Of a DNA stretch of 64,000 nt, positions 24,548 to 37,417 are shown piece after piece. The translations under genes were made by a program, and so were the position numbers. A model generated the notes under the pieces. That model saw only the letters and a program-made list of their open reading frames with translations, searched no databases and was not told the origin of the DNA. Every line of letters starts with the position of its first letter. Within the stretch, counting starts at the first letter, position 1. This stretch comes from Takakia lepidozioides (lineage: Eukaryota; Plantae; Bryophyta), in the NCBI GenBank assembly GCA_030704615.1, contig CM060733.1, positions 45,694,001-45,758,000 on the forward strand, read 5' to 3'.

Positions 24548-25421
24548 TATTAGAGGACTGTCTTGGACTTAGACACTTTTACGGGATCTGTGGGGTACCC
24601 TTAATTTTTGCACAGACTGAGACCAACAGGAGCCTTAGGGGTGACAGCAGCGCACTTTAGGGGGGGGTTACACAGCCCGTCACAGTCCAACACAGCCAGT
24701 CACAACTTCGCACAACCGACACAGCCCGACACAGCCCAACACAGTCGTCCGACACAGCCGGTCACAGCCGGTCACAGCACACAGCCAGTCACAGCTTGAC
24801 ACAGCTGTCACGACCATAGGGAACGGATAGCAGGACAGGGAACGACTGTGGGGAACAACCCTGCGAATGGAACATGTTAGTTCACGGATGACGGTTAGTG
24901 AGGGAAACGGTTAGAACAACGGTCGAGGGGAGGGGGCTGGACACTTCTTGGGGACTTCGGGGGGAACTAGGAGAGCGGAGAGCGCATCTCTGAGCAGAAA
25001 GAGGGAGAGCACGGAGTAGGAGGAGAACGATCTGTTGATACTTGCTGAATGCAAAGTAGAATTGTAATGTAGAGCAGAATAGAGACACCATGGCTTCAGC
25101 CTGATACTTGATAGATATTAATCTGATACTACTTCATACTCACACTGTGTAGAGAGATCTGAGTGAAGCTGTGGAATGAATGGATGAGTTGATGGAATCC
25201 GATAGATTGATGAAGCAAACTGATACTTAATTACCAACAAAAGGTAACTAGCTAACATGAATGCGGGAAGGAAACAAATAGGAAACACCCCCATGATACA
25301 CTAGCTGTAGGTCATGACTGATTGTTCTGAGCGGGCTGAGTGCTTAGAGATTTCCAACTCTTCTATCTTGGAGTTTCCGCCTCGGATAGCGAAGGGATGG
25401 GTGAGTAAAAGCCGCGCGACA
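24548..25421 (+). repeat. 5' LTR
   Basis: TATTAGAGG (TG mutated) ... GCGCGACA; homologous to 36524-37417; contains CACAGC micro-repeats. Confidence 0.95.
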
Positions 25422-25423
25422 TT

Positions 25424-25441
25424 TGGCGACCATACTGGGGA
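25424..25441 (+). promoter_or_regulatory. Primer-binding site, tRNA-Arg-like
   Basis: TGGCGACCATACTGGGGA just after the LTR, similar to the complement of a plant tRNA-Arg 3' end. Confidence 0.65.
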
Positions 25442-26816
25442 ACTGGGTCATGAACAACCAGATGTGACAGGCATCTGGTGGGATCATGGTGGTTGGAGAA
25501 TTAAAGAATTTGATGTGAATCAAATTCCTTGTGAAACTGAGAAGGAAAGATTGTCCAAACGATTCTTTCAGAGGTTCTTGGAATTGCCAGACGGTTGTAA
25601 AGAAAACATTCTTAAGAGAGTGCATGATGCTGACCTGAGTGGGGTCTGGAGAAAGGAGTGATAAAGATTTATCAGGTGGCCTGTAGAGGAAGAGCACGTT
25701 GGTTACCAACACTGGTTTATGTGATAGCATTGCTATCCATTAAGCGAGTAGAGTTTGAAGGCTGGGAGGAAAGAAAGGAATGTTTATACTCATATGCATG
25801 AAGAGCTTGTACTGGTAAAGAATTGGATTCCAAAGGATATTTTGTGGATCAAACTCACACCAAGAACAGCTTTCCAGACTTGTTTGCCATATGGTTATAT
25901 GGTAACGGAGACTTCTAGTATAGCCAAGGGTGCATTGAAGCTTGAAAGAAACCCAGGCATATACGAGAGATATTACAGAAGAGAGTTTTGGTTATTGCCA
26001 CATTAAAAGAAATGAAAGACATGGGACATGAGTGATGAAAGAGAAGCTAGACGCCAGAGATATTCAGCAAAAAGAGAAAGCTATCTGAAAGCTAATTATC
26101 CATATCTTTGGGAGAGAGGAATAGACATAGGGGAATCATCTGGACCTCTCACACCATTAAGATCAAGAGTACATCACCCATACCGGAAGAACTAGAGTTG
26201 GATGCCACTCCTTCTTTTTTCTTTGCAAGAAAGATTAAGGGAATTGGTACGGGAAGAAGATCAATCACGAGGTGAAAGATCTGAGGTACACCCTGGATAA
26301 AAGATTTGACAGAAATCTTTGATAAGAGTTGGCATGGAACACCAAAAGCAGGAACTCCAGTTTCTGAAGCGGAAGGTGAAGAAGGAGGAGAGGATGTGGC
26401 AGAGCCAACGGAGAGTTCAGACTCTCCAACACCATTGCAGTTGAGTTACATGAGTGAAGAAGAAACCCAAGGGCAGAACTTGGAGGATGAAAATAGAGAG
26501 AAGAAATTGGAAGAGGAAGAGTATGAAGAGTAGACCCAACAGCTGAGGTTGAGACTACAACCAGGACATCCCAACCCGTTGGACCTGGATCAAGTGGAGC
26601 ACTTGGATCACAGGCCAACGAAGGTGTCGGCTCAGGGGGATCAGGCGGGCTGCCTGGATCTGGCTCTGGGGGGACAGGGAGTGTGGGAAGTAGTGCAACT
26701 GGAGCTGGGAATACTGTGAATATCGTGGGGCCAGTAGCAGGAGTGCTCAAGGGCCACCACTTGGTGGAAGATCCACCACAACAACAACAGGTCCTGAAGG
26801 ACCAGCACCAGCAAGG

Positions 26817-29800
26817 GTGCCAGCACCTGTCAGTGGGCAGAAGGTAGGGCCACAGATGGCGTTACAACCAACACGGGCAAAACCACCTTTTCCAATATAT
26901 TCAGGAAAAGGGGATCCCGATGTACACATTAGCCAATTTGAGCACATGTGTATAGTGAACAATGAGAATGGCGATGATGCCAAGATGAGATTGTTTCCTT
27001 GTTCACTTATCAAGAAAGCAAGTGAATGGTATGCAAGATTCCCTGATAATCATTTCCTAACCTGGAATGGCTTGAATACAACATTCCGAAATAGGTTCAG
27101 GACAAGTAAAACTGAGGATGAAGTGTATGGAAGTTTACAACAGTTAAAGCAAAAGAAGCATGAAAATGTTGAGGAGTATATGGAAAAGATGGAATTGATG
27201 ATGAAAAAGCTGGCTGCTGTACCAGCACCAGGTTTACAGAAGACTTGGTTTGTGAGTGGACTAAGACCAGAGTTGCAAAGAAAGTGGATATGTTACCCCA
27301 TAATACAGTGGAGGAGGCATTTGAAACTGCAAACAGAATTGAGCAATTGGGAATGCTCAGGAGAGAGAAAAGGGATGATGAGGACTCTGAGGATGAGTCA
27401 GATGAAGAAGAAAGAGCAAGAACTAAAAAGGAAGAGTAAGAGAAAGGAGAAGTTGAAGAGGGATAACTATGAGAAAAGATTGAAGAAATCTTGAAGAAGT
27501 ATGCCACAGAGGCTGCAACACATTGGAGGAAGGGTGTATGGTGTGCAAAGTGCCAGAATGAAGGCCATACCACCACTGAATGCCACATGAAGGAGAAACA
27601 CTGTACTATCTGTAAAATGGATAACCATTCTACTGAGAATTGTTACTACAACAGAAGGACAGCTGCAAGAGAACCTAGGCAAGTAAGGGTGCATCAGGTG
27701 CAGCCCCAGCCAAGAAGAAACAATGATCAGGACCACTATGGTAGGTCTGGTGGTTATAACAATGGCATGGAAGGGAGAGGTAATTCAAGAGGGAATTACC
27801 AAGGAAATTCCAGAGGCAACTATCAGGGTAATCCAAGGGGGAATTACCAGCCCGGGAATCAGGATTACAGAAATAATCCAAGAGCAGACCAAGGGCGAGG
27901 ACCCAATGGTGAAGAACTATGTTACTATTGTAATCAGCCAGGACATCGCAAGGCAGCCTGTTCATTCTGGATTAGACACCAGAATGAGATGAGAGCTCCT
28001 GTGAATGAGGGCCCAGTGGTGGCAGCTCACATGGTTAGGCCATGTGTTGTACCAGAAGTAAGTACAATGATAGTAACAAGAAGCAAAGCCAAACTAATAC
28101 CTCCAGTAGTTGAGGAAGATGATGATAATGAAGGTGGCAGTGATATGCCTGAAGATGATGAGGCTTGGAGAGATGAGAAGGAACTGCACAAGGAAGTGGC
28201 AGATACCATAAGGGAAATGCAGAAGAGTACTGATATTCCTGTGGCAGATTCCTCTGATTCTGATGGAGAAGAAGAAGTGAGTGAGGATGAAAGGAAGAAA
28301 GAAGATGCAGACATGCAAAGTAATGAAGGACTTTGGCTGAAGTAATATGCCAGACCAAAGCAGAGATTACCATTGGACAGCTATTGGCTGTGGCACCTTA
28401 TTGTAGACACAGGCTGTATCAAGCAATCAATCGAATTGCCCAGGAGACAGGAAACACAGACCTGAACAGCAAGGTGACCAGTTATAATGTGAAGCCGGAA
28501 GGGCGAGAAACAGTCATGGACTTTGATGATTCTATGCCAGTAATCCAATTGAGAATTGGAAGCACAGAACTAACTGATGTACTGATAGATGGAGGCTCTG
28601 GAGTAAATATCATGACAGACCAATTAAGGAAGAAGCTTGGTCTAAGTAACATGAAACCAGCCCCATTTACAGTAACAATGGCAGATCAAAGAAGTGTACA
28701 GCCATTGGGATTAATAAGAGGAGTTAAGATACAGATACAGAAGATGATCTTTATGATCACAGTAACTGTGTTGAAGATGGATGAAGTCATGGAGGCTTAC
28801 TCCTTATTATTGGGACGTCCGTGGCTGAAACAGGCCAGGGTATTCCATGACTGGAATTCTCAGTTACTAACCGTGCATAATGGGATGCACGAGATACAAA
28901 TTACCACAAAGAAATCTAGTAGATTACCTGCTACGAGAACCTCGAGGGGTCAGAGAGTATGACTGGAGAGGAGGACTGGATGAGGAGCAGGAAGCTACCC
29001 TGTTTGCTGCACACCCAGAGTGGGAGCAGGTTGCAGAGATGCGGCTGGAAGGCCTAAGTTGTTTAAGAGGTATCTGCTGTGGTGTAGTGTCAGCAACACC
29101 AATTGAAGAGGAAACCAGCAGTTACCCATCACATTTCTATGAAGAAAGAGAAGGAGAAATGGAAATCCTAGAGGAACCAGCCACTGTGAGTTTACAGGAT
29201 GAAGTGGTGACTGGTTGGACAATCACAGCTGATGAGCAGGTGAGGGAAGTGAATGTGGGAACTAAGAGGAACCGAGGATGGTGAAGGTAGGAGCTGATTT
29301 GGAGCCAGAATTCTTTGAAGAAGCTAAGAGTTTGTTCATCAAATACAGAGATGTATTTGCTTGGAGCTATGAGGATCTAAAAGGGATACCACCTGAAATC
29401 TGTCAGCATAAGATTGAACTGGAACCAGGGTCAGTACCAATCAAGCAGGCAGGTACAGAATGAATCCAACTACACAGAAGGTTGGAGAAGAGATCAAGAA
29501 GTTGGCTGAGGCTAAGTTTATATACCCAATAGAGTATACAACTTGGTTGTCACCCATTGTGATAGTTCCCAAGAAGAATGGTAAACTAAGAGTTTGTGTG
29601 AACTACAAGAAGCTGAATGCTTGTACGAAGAAAGATCCTTTCCCTTTGCCATTCACAGAAGCAGTATTGGACACTGTGGCAGGCCATGAGATGTACTCAT
29701 TCATGGATGGCTTCAGTGGTTATAATCAAGTGCAAGTGGCAGAAGAAGACCAAGGAAAGACAGCTTTCATCACAGACTGGGGTGCTTATGCATACAAAGT

Positions 29801-32050
29801 CATGCCCTTTGACTTTGTAATGCACCAGCAACCTTTCAGAGAGTGATAAGTGAATCTTTTCATGAGTATCTGGATGATTTCATGCAGGTGTTCTTGGATG
29901 ATTTCAGTGTGTACAGCTCTAAGAATGAGCACTTGCATAAATTGGAGTTATGTCTGGCCAGATGCAGGATGAGAGTCTGGGCCTGAATCCAGAGAAGTGT
30001 ACTTTCTGTGTGAACTCAGGGTGCTTCTGGGACACATTGTGTGTAAGAGGGGACTTCTTGTGGATCCCAGGAAAACAGAGGCCATTTAAAGCCTCTCCAC
30101 CACCAGTGAATGTTAAGAGTCTAAGGAGATTCCTTGGACAAACCAGTATTACAGAAGATTTGTCATATGCACAGATAGCAGCACCATTGAGCAAACTTCT
30201 GAAGAAAGATGCAGTGTTTGCATGGACACCTGAATGTCAACAGGCTTTTGAGGACTTACATTGTCAGTAACAACTACACCTGTGCTGATTAATCCTCACT
30301 GGCAGGAAATATTTCATGTTCACTGTGATGCTTCTGGAGAAGCACTAGGAGCAGTGTTAGCCCAAAATGTTACAGGAAGGATAGATTCACCTGTGTACTA
30401 TGCTAGCCGATTGATGAAATGCCAAAGAAATTATAGCACAACGGAAAGAGAAGCATTGGCAATGATCTATGCAGTGAAGAAATTCAGGCATTACCTGTTG
30501 GGCAAGAAGTTTTATGTTCTATGTGGATCACCAGGCTCTGATATACCTGGTAAACAAACCTCTGATAAGCGGAAGAATAGCAAGATGGTTGATAATCTTG
30601 CACGAGTTTGAGTTCGAGGTTGTTTACAAGCCTGGGAGGCTGCATCTTGTGGCGGATCACTTGTCACGGTTATCAACAGGAGAACCAGCCACGGGAGTAG
30701 ATGATCAATTACCAGATGCGAGTCTATTTGCAGTGGAGGTGCAGGAAGTGCAGATGACTGGTTAGATTGGCAGTGGCCAATCAGATACTACCTTGCTCAT
30801 GGTCAGTGCCCACCAAGTTATGGAAAGGAGCAGAGAAAGAGAATTGCTATCAAGGCTCTACCTTACACTATGGTAGGGAGCAGAATGTATAAGCTAGGAC
30901 CAGATGGAGTGCTGAAGCGATGCTTATACCACCATGAAGTTAATAAAGTTTTGGAGGAAGTTCATAAAGGAGTGGCAGGAGGTCATTTTGGAGAAGAGAC
31001 TACCAGTAGGAAGATACTACATGCAGGTTACTGGTGGCCTACTTTGTTCAAAGATGTACACAAGTATTGTCAGAGTTGTGATGAATGTCAGAGGCTAGGA
31101 CCTTTGCAGAGATCTGGGAAGATGGCTTTGCATCCTACAATGCCTACGGAACCATTTCAGAAATGGGGACTAGACTTTGTTGGACCAATTAACCCACCAG
31201 CCAAGAATACACAGAACAGGTACATAATTACAGCCACTGATTATACTACGAAGTGGGTGGAAGCTAAAGCTTTGAGGGACAACACAGCCAAGTCCACAGC
31301 AAGGTTCCTGTATGAGAACATACTTACACGATTTGGCTGTCCCTTGGAATTTATCAGTGATCAGGGAAGTCACTTCATTAATGAGACCATTGAATTATTG
31401 ACTAAAGAGTTCATGATTGTGCATAGGAAGAGTACAACATATTACCCACAGGGTAATGGGCAGGCAGAGGCTACCAACAAAATACTATGTACTATCTTGG
31501 CTAAGATAGTCAATGCAAACAACGGATTGGGATACAAAGCTGCTGACAGCTTTGTGGTCATACAGGACTTCATATAAAGTCACCACTAAGTACACCATTC
31601 CAATTAGTTTATGGTATGGAAGCTTTACTTCCAGTGGAATTCCTGTTACCTACCATGAGAACGGAATGGGGAAAGAGAATGGAATTGCAAGATTCAATTA
31701 AGGTCAGGAAACATGAATTATACCATGTGGAAGAAGTACGTGCTGATGCAGCTGATAATATGACCAGAATTCAGATGAAGAGAAAGGAACAGTTTGATGA
31801 AGGCAAGTTAAAGACTTTTAAGACGGGAGATTTGGTTCTCTGGTTGCAGAAGAAGGGAAAGATTAAAGCTTCTAAGCTTAAATCACCATGGAAAGGACCT
31901 TATGTCATACAAAGATGTATGATAACAACACCGCCATGTTACAAACCATTAACAAAGAGATGCTGGGAAGAGTCAATGCCAATAAGTTGAAGGGGTACAG
32001 TGGTATCCATGACAAACCATTGCAGCATGATTTGCATGTTGAAACGCAAA
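26817..32050 (+). CDS. gag-pol polyprotein with many 1-nt frameshifts
   Basis: Gag YSGKGDP...FPCSL; three CCHC knuckles; protease LIDGGSGVNI; RT (KKNGKLRVC, MDGFSGYNQ, FLDD); RNase H (DAS, NYSTTEREALA); integrase HHCC, DFVGP, ISDQG, QAE. Confidence 0.9.
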
Positions 32051-32949
32051 AGCAGTCACGGGCTGCGCCAGTGATACCAACGGAGTATGGAGCACTTGTC
32101 GCTAGGCCGAGCATATATGACCAGGGCGGGCACGACACAGCCTATCACAGCCCATGCCTTACAGCCTATCACAACCTACCACAGCCACAGCCTATCACAG
32201 CTTACCACAGTGTATCACAGCGTACCACAGTATGACACAGCCTGTCACAGCTCAACACAGCCTACTAGGGTTACACAATCCATAGAATCAGTGACAGGTG
32301 GACGCAGGATAACTTCAGGGAAATGGCCGGCGGAAGAAAGGACGGAAGCCAGTTTAGAAAGGGACACGTGGAAGTCAGGGCGCAACACACAGCTGAGAAG
32401 GAAGTGCAAGAACAGATGTCATCAAGAAAGAGGACAAGAATGGCCGTCAAATACCTAATTAGCACGTCAATTCGGATGAATGGCGGGCCCATTAATGAAT
32501 ACGGAAAGGGGCAACGAACAAACGGCAAGTACAGAAAAGCGAAATTCTTGTCACATGTGTTATCCTAGTGGACAGTCCAGCAGGGAAAGTCCACTAAAGA
32601 AAATTAAATTAAAATCCAGTCACAGCGGTTACAGCCAATCGAAAGCCAGAAAAAGGATCAAGAAATTGGAGGGAATTTAAGCGCAAGAGTCGGCGTCGTT
32701 CTAAGTAACGGGCGTCTCGACGGGACAAACCATCAATGCTATAGCTTTGAAGCTATGGAGGAACTAACAGACTATACGCTCGCAATATTACTTACGCAGT
32801 GGCATAGGACGGAAGAACAGAGCGGATCTTTTCTCTTAATCGATGCTTGCAAGCCCCGCAGGCTTACAAGAAATTACCCATAGCTTTTTGTGGCAACCAT
32901 ACGTTTATGCTTTGCCCTGCAGGCATTTCTTCAATTGTTACAGCCAAAA

Positions 32950-35900
32950 CCTTTCTGTGGGTCTAGAATGAAGAGAGTGAGAGGAATGGAAGAAATCAGG
33001 GTGAAGAGCACCACAATCCTGCAGAAACAAACGATTGCTACTCCACAGGCGGTAAGTTACTGAAGGAGCTGCGATTGGAAGGATTGCAAAGCAAAGATTG
33101 GACATTGCACCATAGACAGTACATGTTACAATTCTTGCAGAACTTTGAGCCTAGGACAGAGCAACAACGGTGAAGGGAGTTGAATTAGAATTACTCCCCT
33201 ATACCTACAGCAATTGTTTGATTGCCATCAGGTCAGGTGCATGTGGAGGAGCACAGGGCAAGACTGCAAATAGGGGACTTATTCCAAGAAGGGAGTTTCT
33301 TTAAAACTCAGGGTTATGCTTGTACCAAGGCCGTGTACCCAGGGCTAAGGGAGGTAGGCCAGGTATTGAACGTTCTGTTTGCCATGAAACAGAACCAACA
33401 GTATTTGAGCAGATCCTTCACAGAGGAAATACTCAAAGCCCTGAGAGGAGAAGAGGTAGAATGGGCGGACATAATGTACAACGCACTGGTAGGGAGATGA
33501 AAAGATTACAGGGCACTGCCGCAAAGTCTCCTATCATAGTGTCTGGCCCAATCATTGCTCAAATAATTCTTGATTCTGGCATACTTGATGCTCGAGAAAG
33601 AAAGGAGATGGGAGTGTTTGAGCCAGAACCACTGCAATGGAAGAGCAAGGCTCTTCACACAGTGAGGGTGGACTGGCAGGGCAACCCCAGACTAAGAGAC
33701 AGAGGCGGGGAAAGACTGTAGTGGCGGATCCACTGGCTTCACGGAAACCGCATGATAATGTTTCCCAAGCTCTTGTGCAGGAAGGGGCACAGCAGCACAG
33801 AGAACTGCTATTATTGGAAGCAGGACCTTCAGAGAGGGAAGAGGAAGTTACTTCAGTATCACAGCCATCACAGCCAGATGATCGGCTTGTCACAGAGTTA
33901 CCACAAGTTGTCCATGCAGTTCCACCAGAAATAATTGATTTGGAAAAAAAGGGTTAGATATTCCCACTACAGAACAGGTGGTGGCAGAAATTGAGAAGGG
34001 GGACCTTCTCTATGAATATTCTGGTCTGGTCAGGAACAGTGATTCCGGAGGTGCAACGGTTGTCCAGGGGAAACCCTGCGGTGCATATAATACACACACC
34101 TGTGACGGGTACCACAGGTAGAATGTCAAGACACTGCAGCACCGGTGACGGATGAAGTGGTTCAGGAAGAAAATCTGGTGGGGCAATGGCCTGAGTGGTT
34201 CGTGAGGCATCACACTGTTGAGGATCAGGGAGAACAGCAGCAAGCTCACCATGATGACCCTCAACAGGCCATGCTTATGAGTTCCATAAGCAGGACACTT
34301 AATTTGTTGGGCTTATGTCAAATCCCATGTTCCAACTACCCAATTGGCAGCTTTGAGGGAGGAACTCAGGAAGGAGTTTGAGGCTCGACTTGCCACTGAG
34401 TGTGCAACAAGGTCGATGAAGAGGTCACTCTCAAGATGCAGCAAGACTTAGAGAGTACAGAAGCGGCTTTGCAATTGGCCAAGGAACAATTGATTGAGGC
34501 AGGCCTCGCGCAAGACCAGTTGCACGAAGCACATAAGCAACAGCTATACCAAATGCAGGTGAAGCATGAAAGCAAGTTGCAAGAAGTGAATGCACTACAT
34601 ACGGAGTTGCAGACAGTGCATGACAGGATGGCCATACAATGTGCTACACTCACAACTATGCTTGACCAATACAATAGAAATAAACAGTCAAGCGGAAAGA
34701 TGTACGAAGGCAGAGGCAGAGAATGTTGAGCAAGAAACTCATTGTCGATATGAAGAATACAATCTGTCGCAATGAGAATACTTCAAGCAATACAGGCAGG
34801 TTGAAGCTGACCAAGAGAGGTACATCCTGGAGTTGCAACAAACGCTCATGGCCAATAGAAATGAACTCTCTGGCTAACAAGGCTTGGAAGGAAGCCAATA
34901 ATCTGGCTGCTGCCTATGCGAGTTTGGTTGAACCTCATGCGAAGCGCATGGAGGCTTTACAGCAGCAGATAGATGTGTACAGGCTCACAGAGGAGCAGAC
35001 TCTCAGGGGTGCCACAAGCAACTTGGGATAACCACCTTATGCAGGTCTGGTTAGCACAAGGGCCAGTGGAGGGCAAAGCACCACGAAAGCTCACCCAAAG
35101 CGAGATGAATGAGCTCAGACTGCAAGTGCAGAACATTGCCACAACTACTATAGACAATGTCTATAGTAGGATAGCGGAGTTACAGGAGGATAGACGGCCT
35201 GCAGACTCAGTGGAGGACCTCACTTCAAATATCGACAAGAGAGTCTGTGTACCTGAGGAACAGCTATGGCTTCTTATTTACAAGCGAGAACTTTGGCTTT
35301 TCAGTCTTCTTCACAGGGGGTGCAGGAGATGCCAATGGTACAAGAGCCAGTGCCACCAACACCACAACAAGTCACTGTGCCAGTAGCTGACCCTGTTGTT
35401 ACTACAGCCACACCACAGCCACCACAGCCTGAGGTATGGGGGAATGCTGCTTTTAACCCACCTAAAACTCCAGCTGCACGGGAGTACAGTCGGCTATGAT
35501 TATGCCCTTCAACCAAATTCCCATTGTGTTGGATTTGGCTTGGAAAGAATTTAGTCCTCCGCAGTCATTGGCACATTACTATCAAATCATGCGCATTTGG
35601 CTGCCAGTGGCAACTAGGACTAAAGTTCTTCCGAACAATCGACCAATTGAGGATCATCACTTTGCGCAGTACTGGCATGAGGCAAGTACCATGTTGAAGG
35701 AATTAATTGCCTTCCAAGTTGTACATGGATTCATTTATACCAAGACCAAGGAGGTAGCAAGTATTGTCATGGGCTGCGGGTTATACTACGCTGCTTGTTT
35801 TCTGGTACGTTATCACATTGAGCAGCAGAAGATGCAAACGCGCTTTCTGAGTTATTCCAGTGGGGATCATTGGGTCTTACCTCAGTGCCACCTCATATGT

Positions 35901-36207
35901 ACCTATATGAGGCAAAAGTTATGATGCAAAAGGATTCTCAGATTCGTTCATGGTTTCATGCGGCCTGGAACAATTTGTCAACACAGAAATTCGGCCTGAC
36001 GATATTTTCTTTAAGGGACATGAGGCATGGAAATACTTGCACAATTCACAAGTCATTGGTACCCACTCACCTGGACAGACAAGGAGCTCAGGGTCTTCAC
36101 CAATTTTGCAATTCAGCGCTTACAACAAGTTTTACAATTTAAACTTCCAGACATGGTGGGACAACATTGTATGCCCCAGAGAATTCCAGTTAAAGTTCGA
36201 CAGTTAA
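32950..36207 (+). CDS. Extra sense-strand ORF region 3' of pol, fragmented; includes a coiled-coil and an aromatic-rich C-terminal segment
   Basis: Chain of overlapping + ORFs 33222-36207 with protein-like composition (EEVEWADIMYNAL; QQDLESTEAALQLAKEQL). Confidence 0.5.
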
Positions 36208-36506
36208 AACACCTCAGGGGGACGAGGATTCTGATACAACTGTTTCTTCAGCGGACTCTTTTGACATGGCAGAGGACTATGCAATTCAGATGGCAGAGAA
36301 GAAGCGACGGGGGTCTCCTATGCCTGAAAGATTACCTCGATATCAGCCTCCAGAGGGACTGACATATCCAGGTAGTGTTCAATCATCTCCCTCAACCAGT
36401 GACAGACACGGGCTCGCACACGTCCTTCACGAGACTCTCAACGTCAGAAGGCTCGCTCACAAAGGTTTACAATCCCAAACAGTAAACCGTGAGGACACGG
36501 CTTTTT

Positions 36507-36521
36507 GAGAGGGGAAGGGGT
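36507..36521 (+). promoter_or_regulatory. Polypurine tract
   Basis: GAGAGGGGAAGGGG just before the 3' LTR. Confidence 0.85.
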
Positions 36522-36523
36522 AA

Positions 36524-37417
36524 TGTTAGAGGACTGTCTGGGACTTAGACACTTTTACGGGATCTGTGGGTACCCTTAATTTTTGCACAGACTGAGACCA
36601 ACAGGAGCCTTAGGGGTGACAACAGCGCACTTTAGGGGGGTTACACAGCCCGTCATCACAGTCCACAGCCGTCACAGCCACACAGAGCGGCCACACAGCC
36701 ACACAGCCCACAGCCCGTCACAGCACACAGCCCAACACAGTCGCACAGCCAGTCACAGTCACACACACAGCCAGTCACAGTTGACACAGCTGTCACGACC
36801 ATAGGGAACGGATAGCAGGACAGGGAACGACTGTGGGGAACAACACCTGCGAATGGAACATGTTAGTTCACGGATGACGGTTAGTGAGGGAAACGGTTAG
36901 AACAACGGGTAGGAAGATAAAGCCAGGAGCAGGACTGGAAAAGGATGGGGGGGGACACTTCTTGGGGGGGATCAGGGGGAAATGAAGCGGAGAGCATCTC
37001 TGAGCAGAAGAGGGAGAGCACGGAGTAGGAGAGGTTGATGCTTGAAAGAAGTAGAGTTGTAATGTAGAGCAGATAGAGACACCATGGCTTCAGCCTGATA
37101 CTTGATAGATATTAATCTGATACATACTTCATACTCACACTGTGTAGAGAGATCTGAGTGAAGCTGTGGAATGAATGGATGATTGATGGAATCCGATAGA
37201 TTGCTGAAGCAAACTGATACTTAATTACCAACAGTAAGGTAACTAGCTAACATGAATGCGGGAAGGAAAACAAATAGGAAACACCCCCATGATACACTAG
37301 CTGTAGGTCATGACTGATTGTTCTGAGCGGGCTGAGTGCTTAGAGATTTCCAACTCTTCTATCTTGGAGTTTCCGCCTCGGATAGCGAAGGGATGGGTGA
37401 GTAAAAGTCGCGCGACA
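36524..37417 (+). repeat. 3' LTR
   Basis: TGTTAGAGG...GCGCGACA. Confidence 0.95.

Larger units (their letters stand above)
24548..37417 (+). mobile_element. Full-length Ty3/gypsy (non-chromovirus-like) LTR retrotransposon with extra ORF regions
   Basis: Paired LTRs, PBS, PPT, TSD GTGAC/ATGAC, and gag-PR-RT-RH-IN order. Confidence 0.95.
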
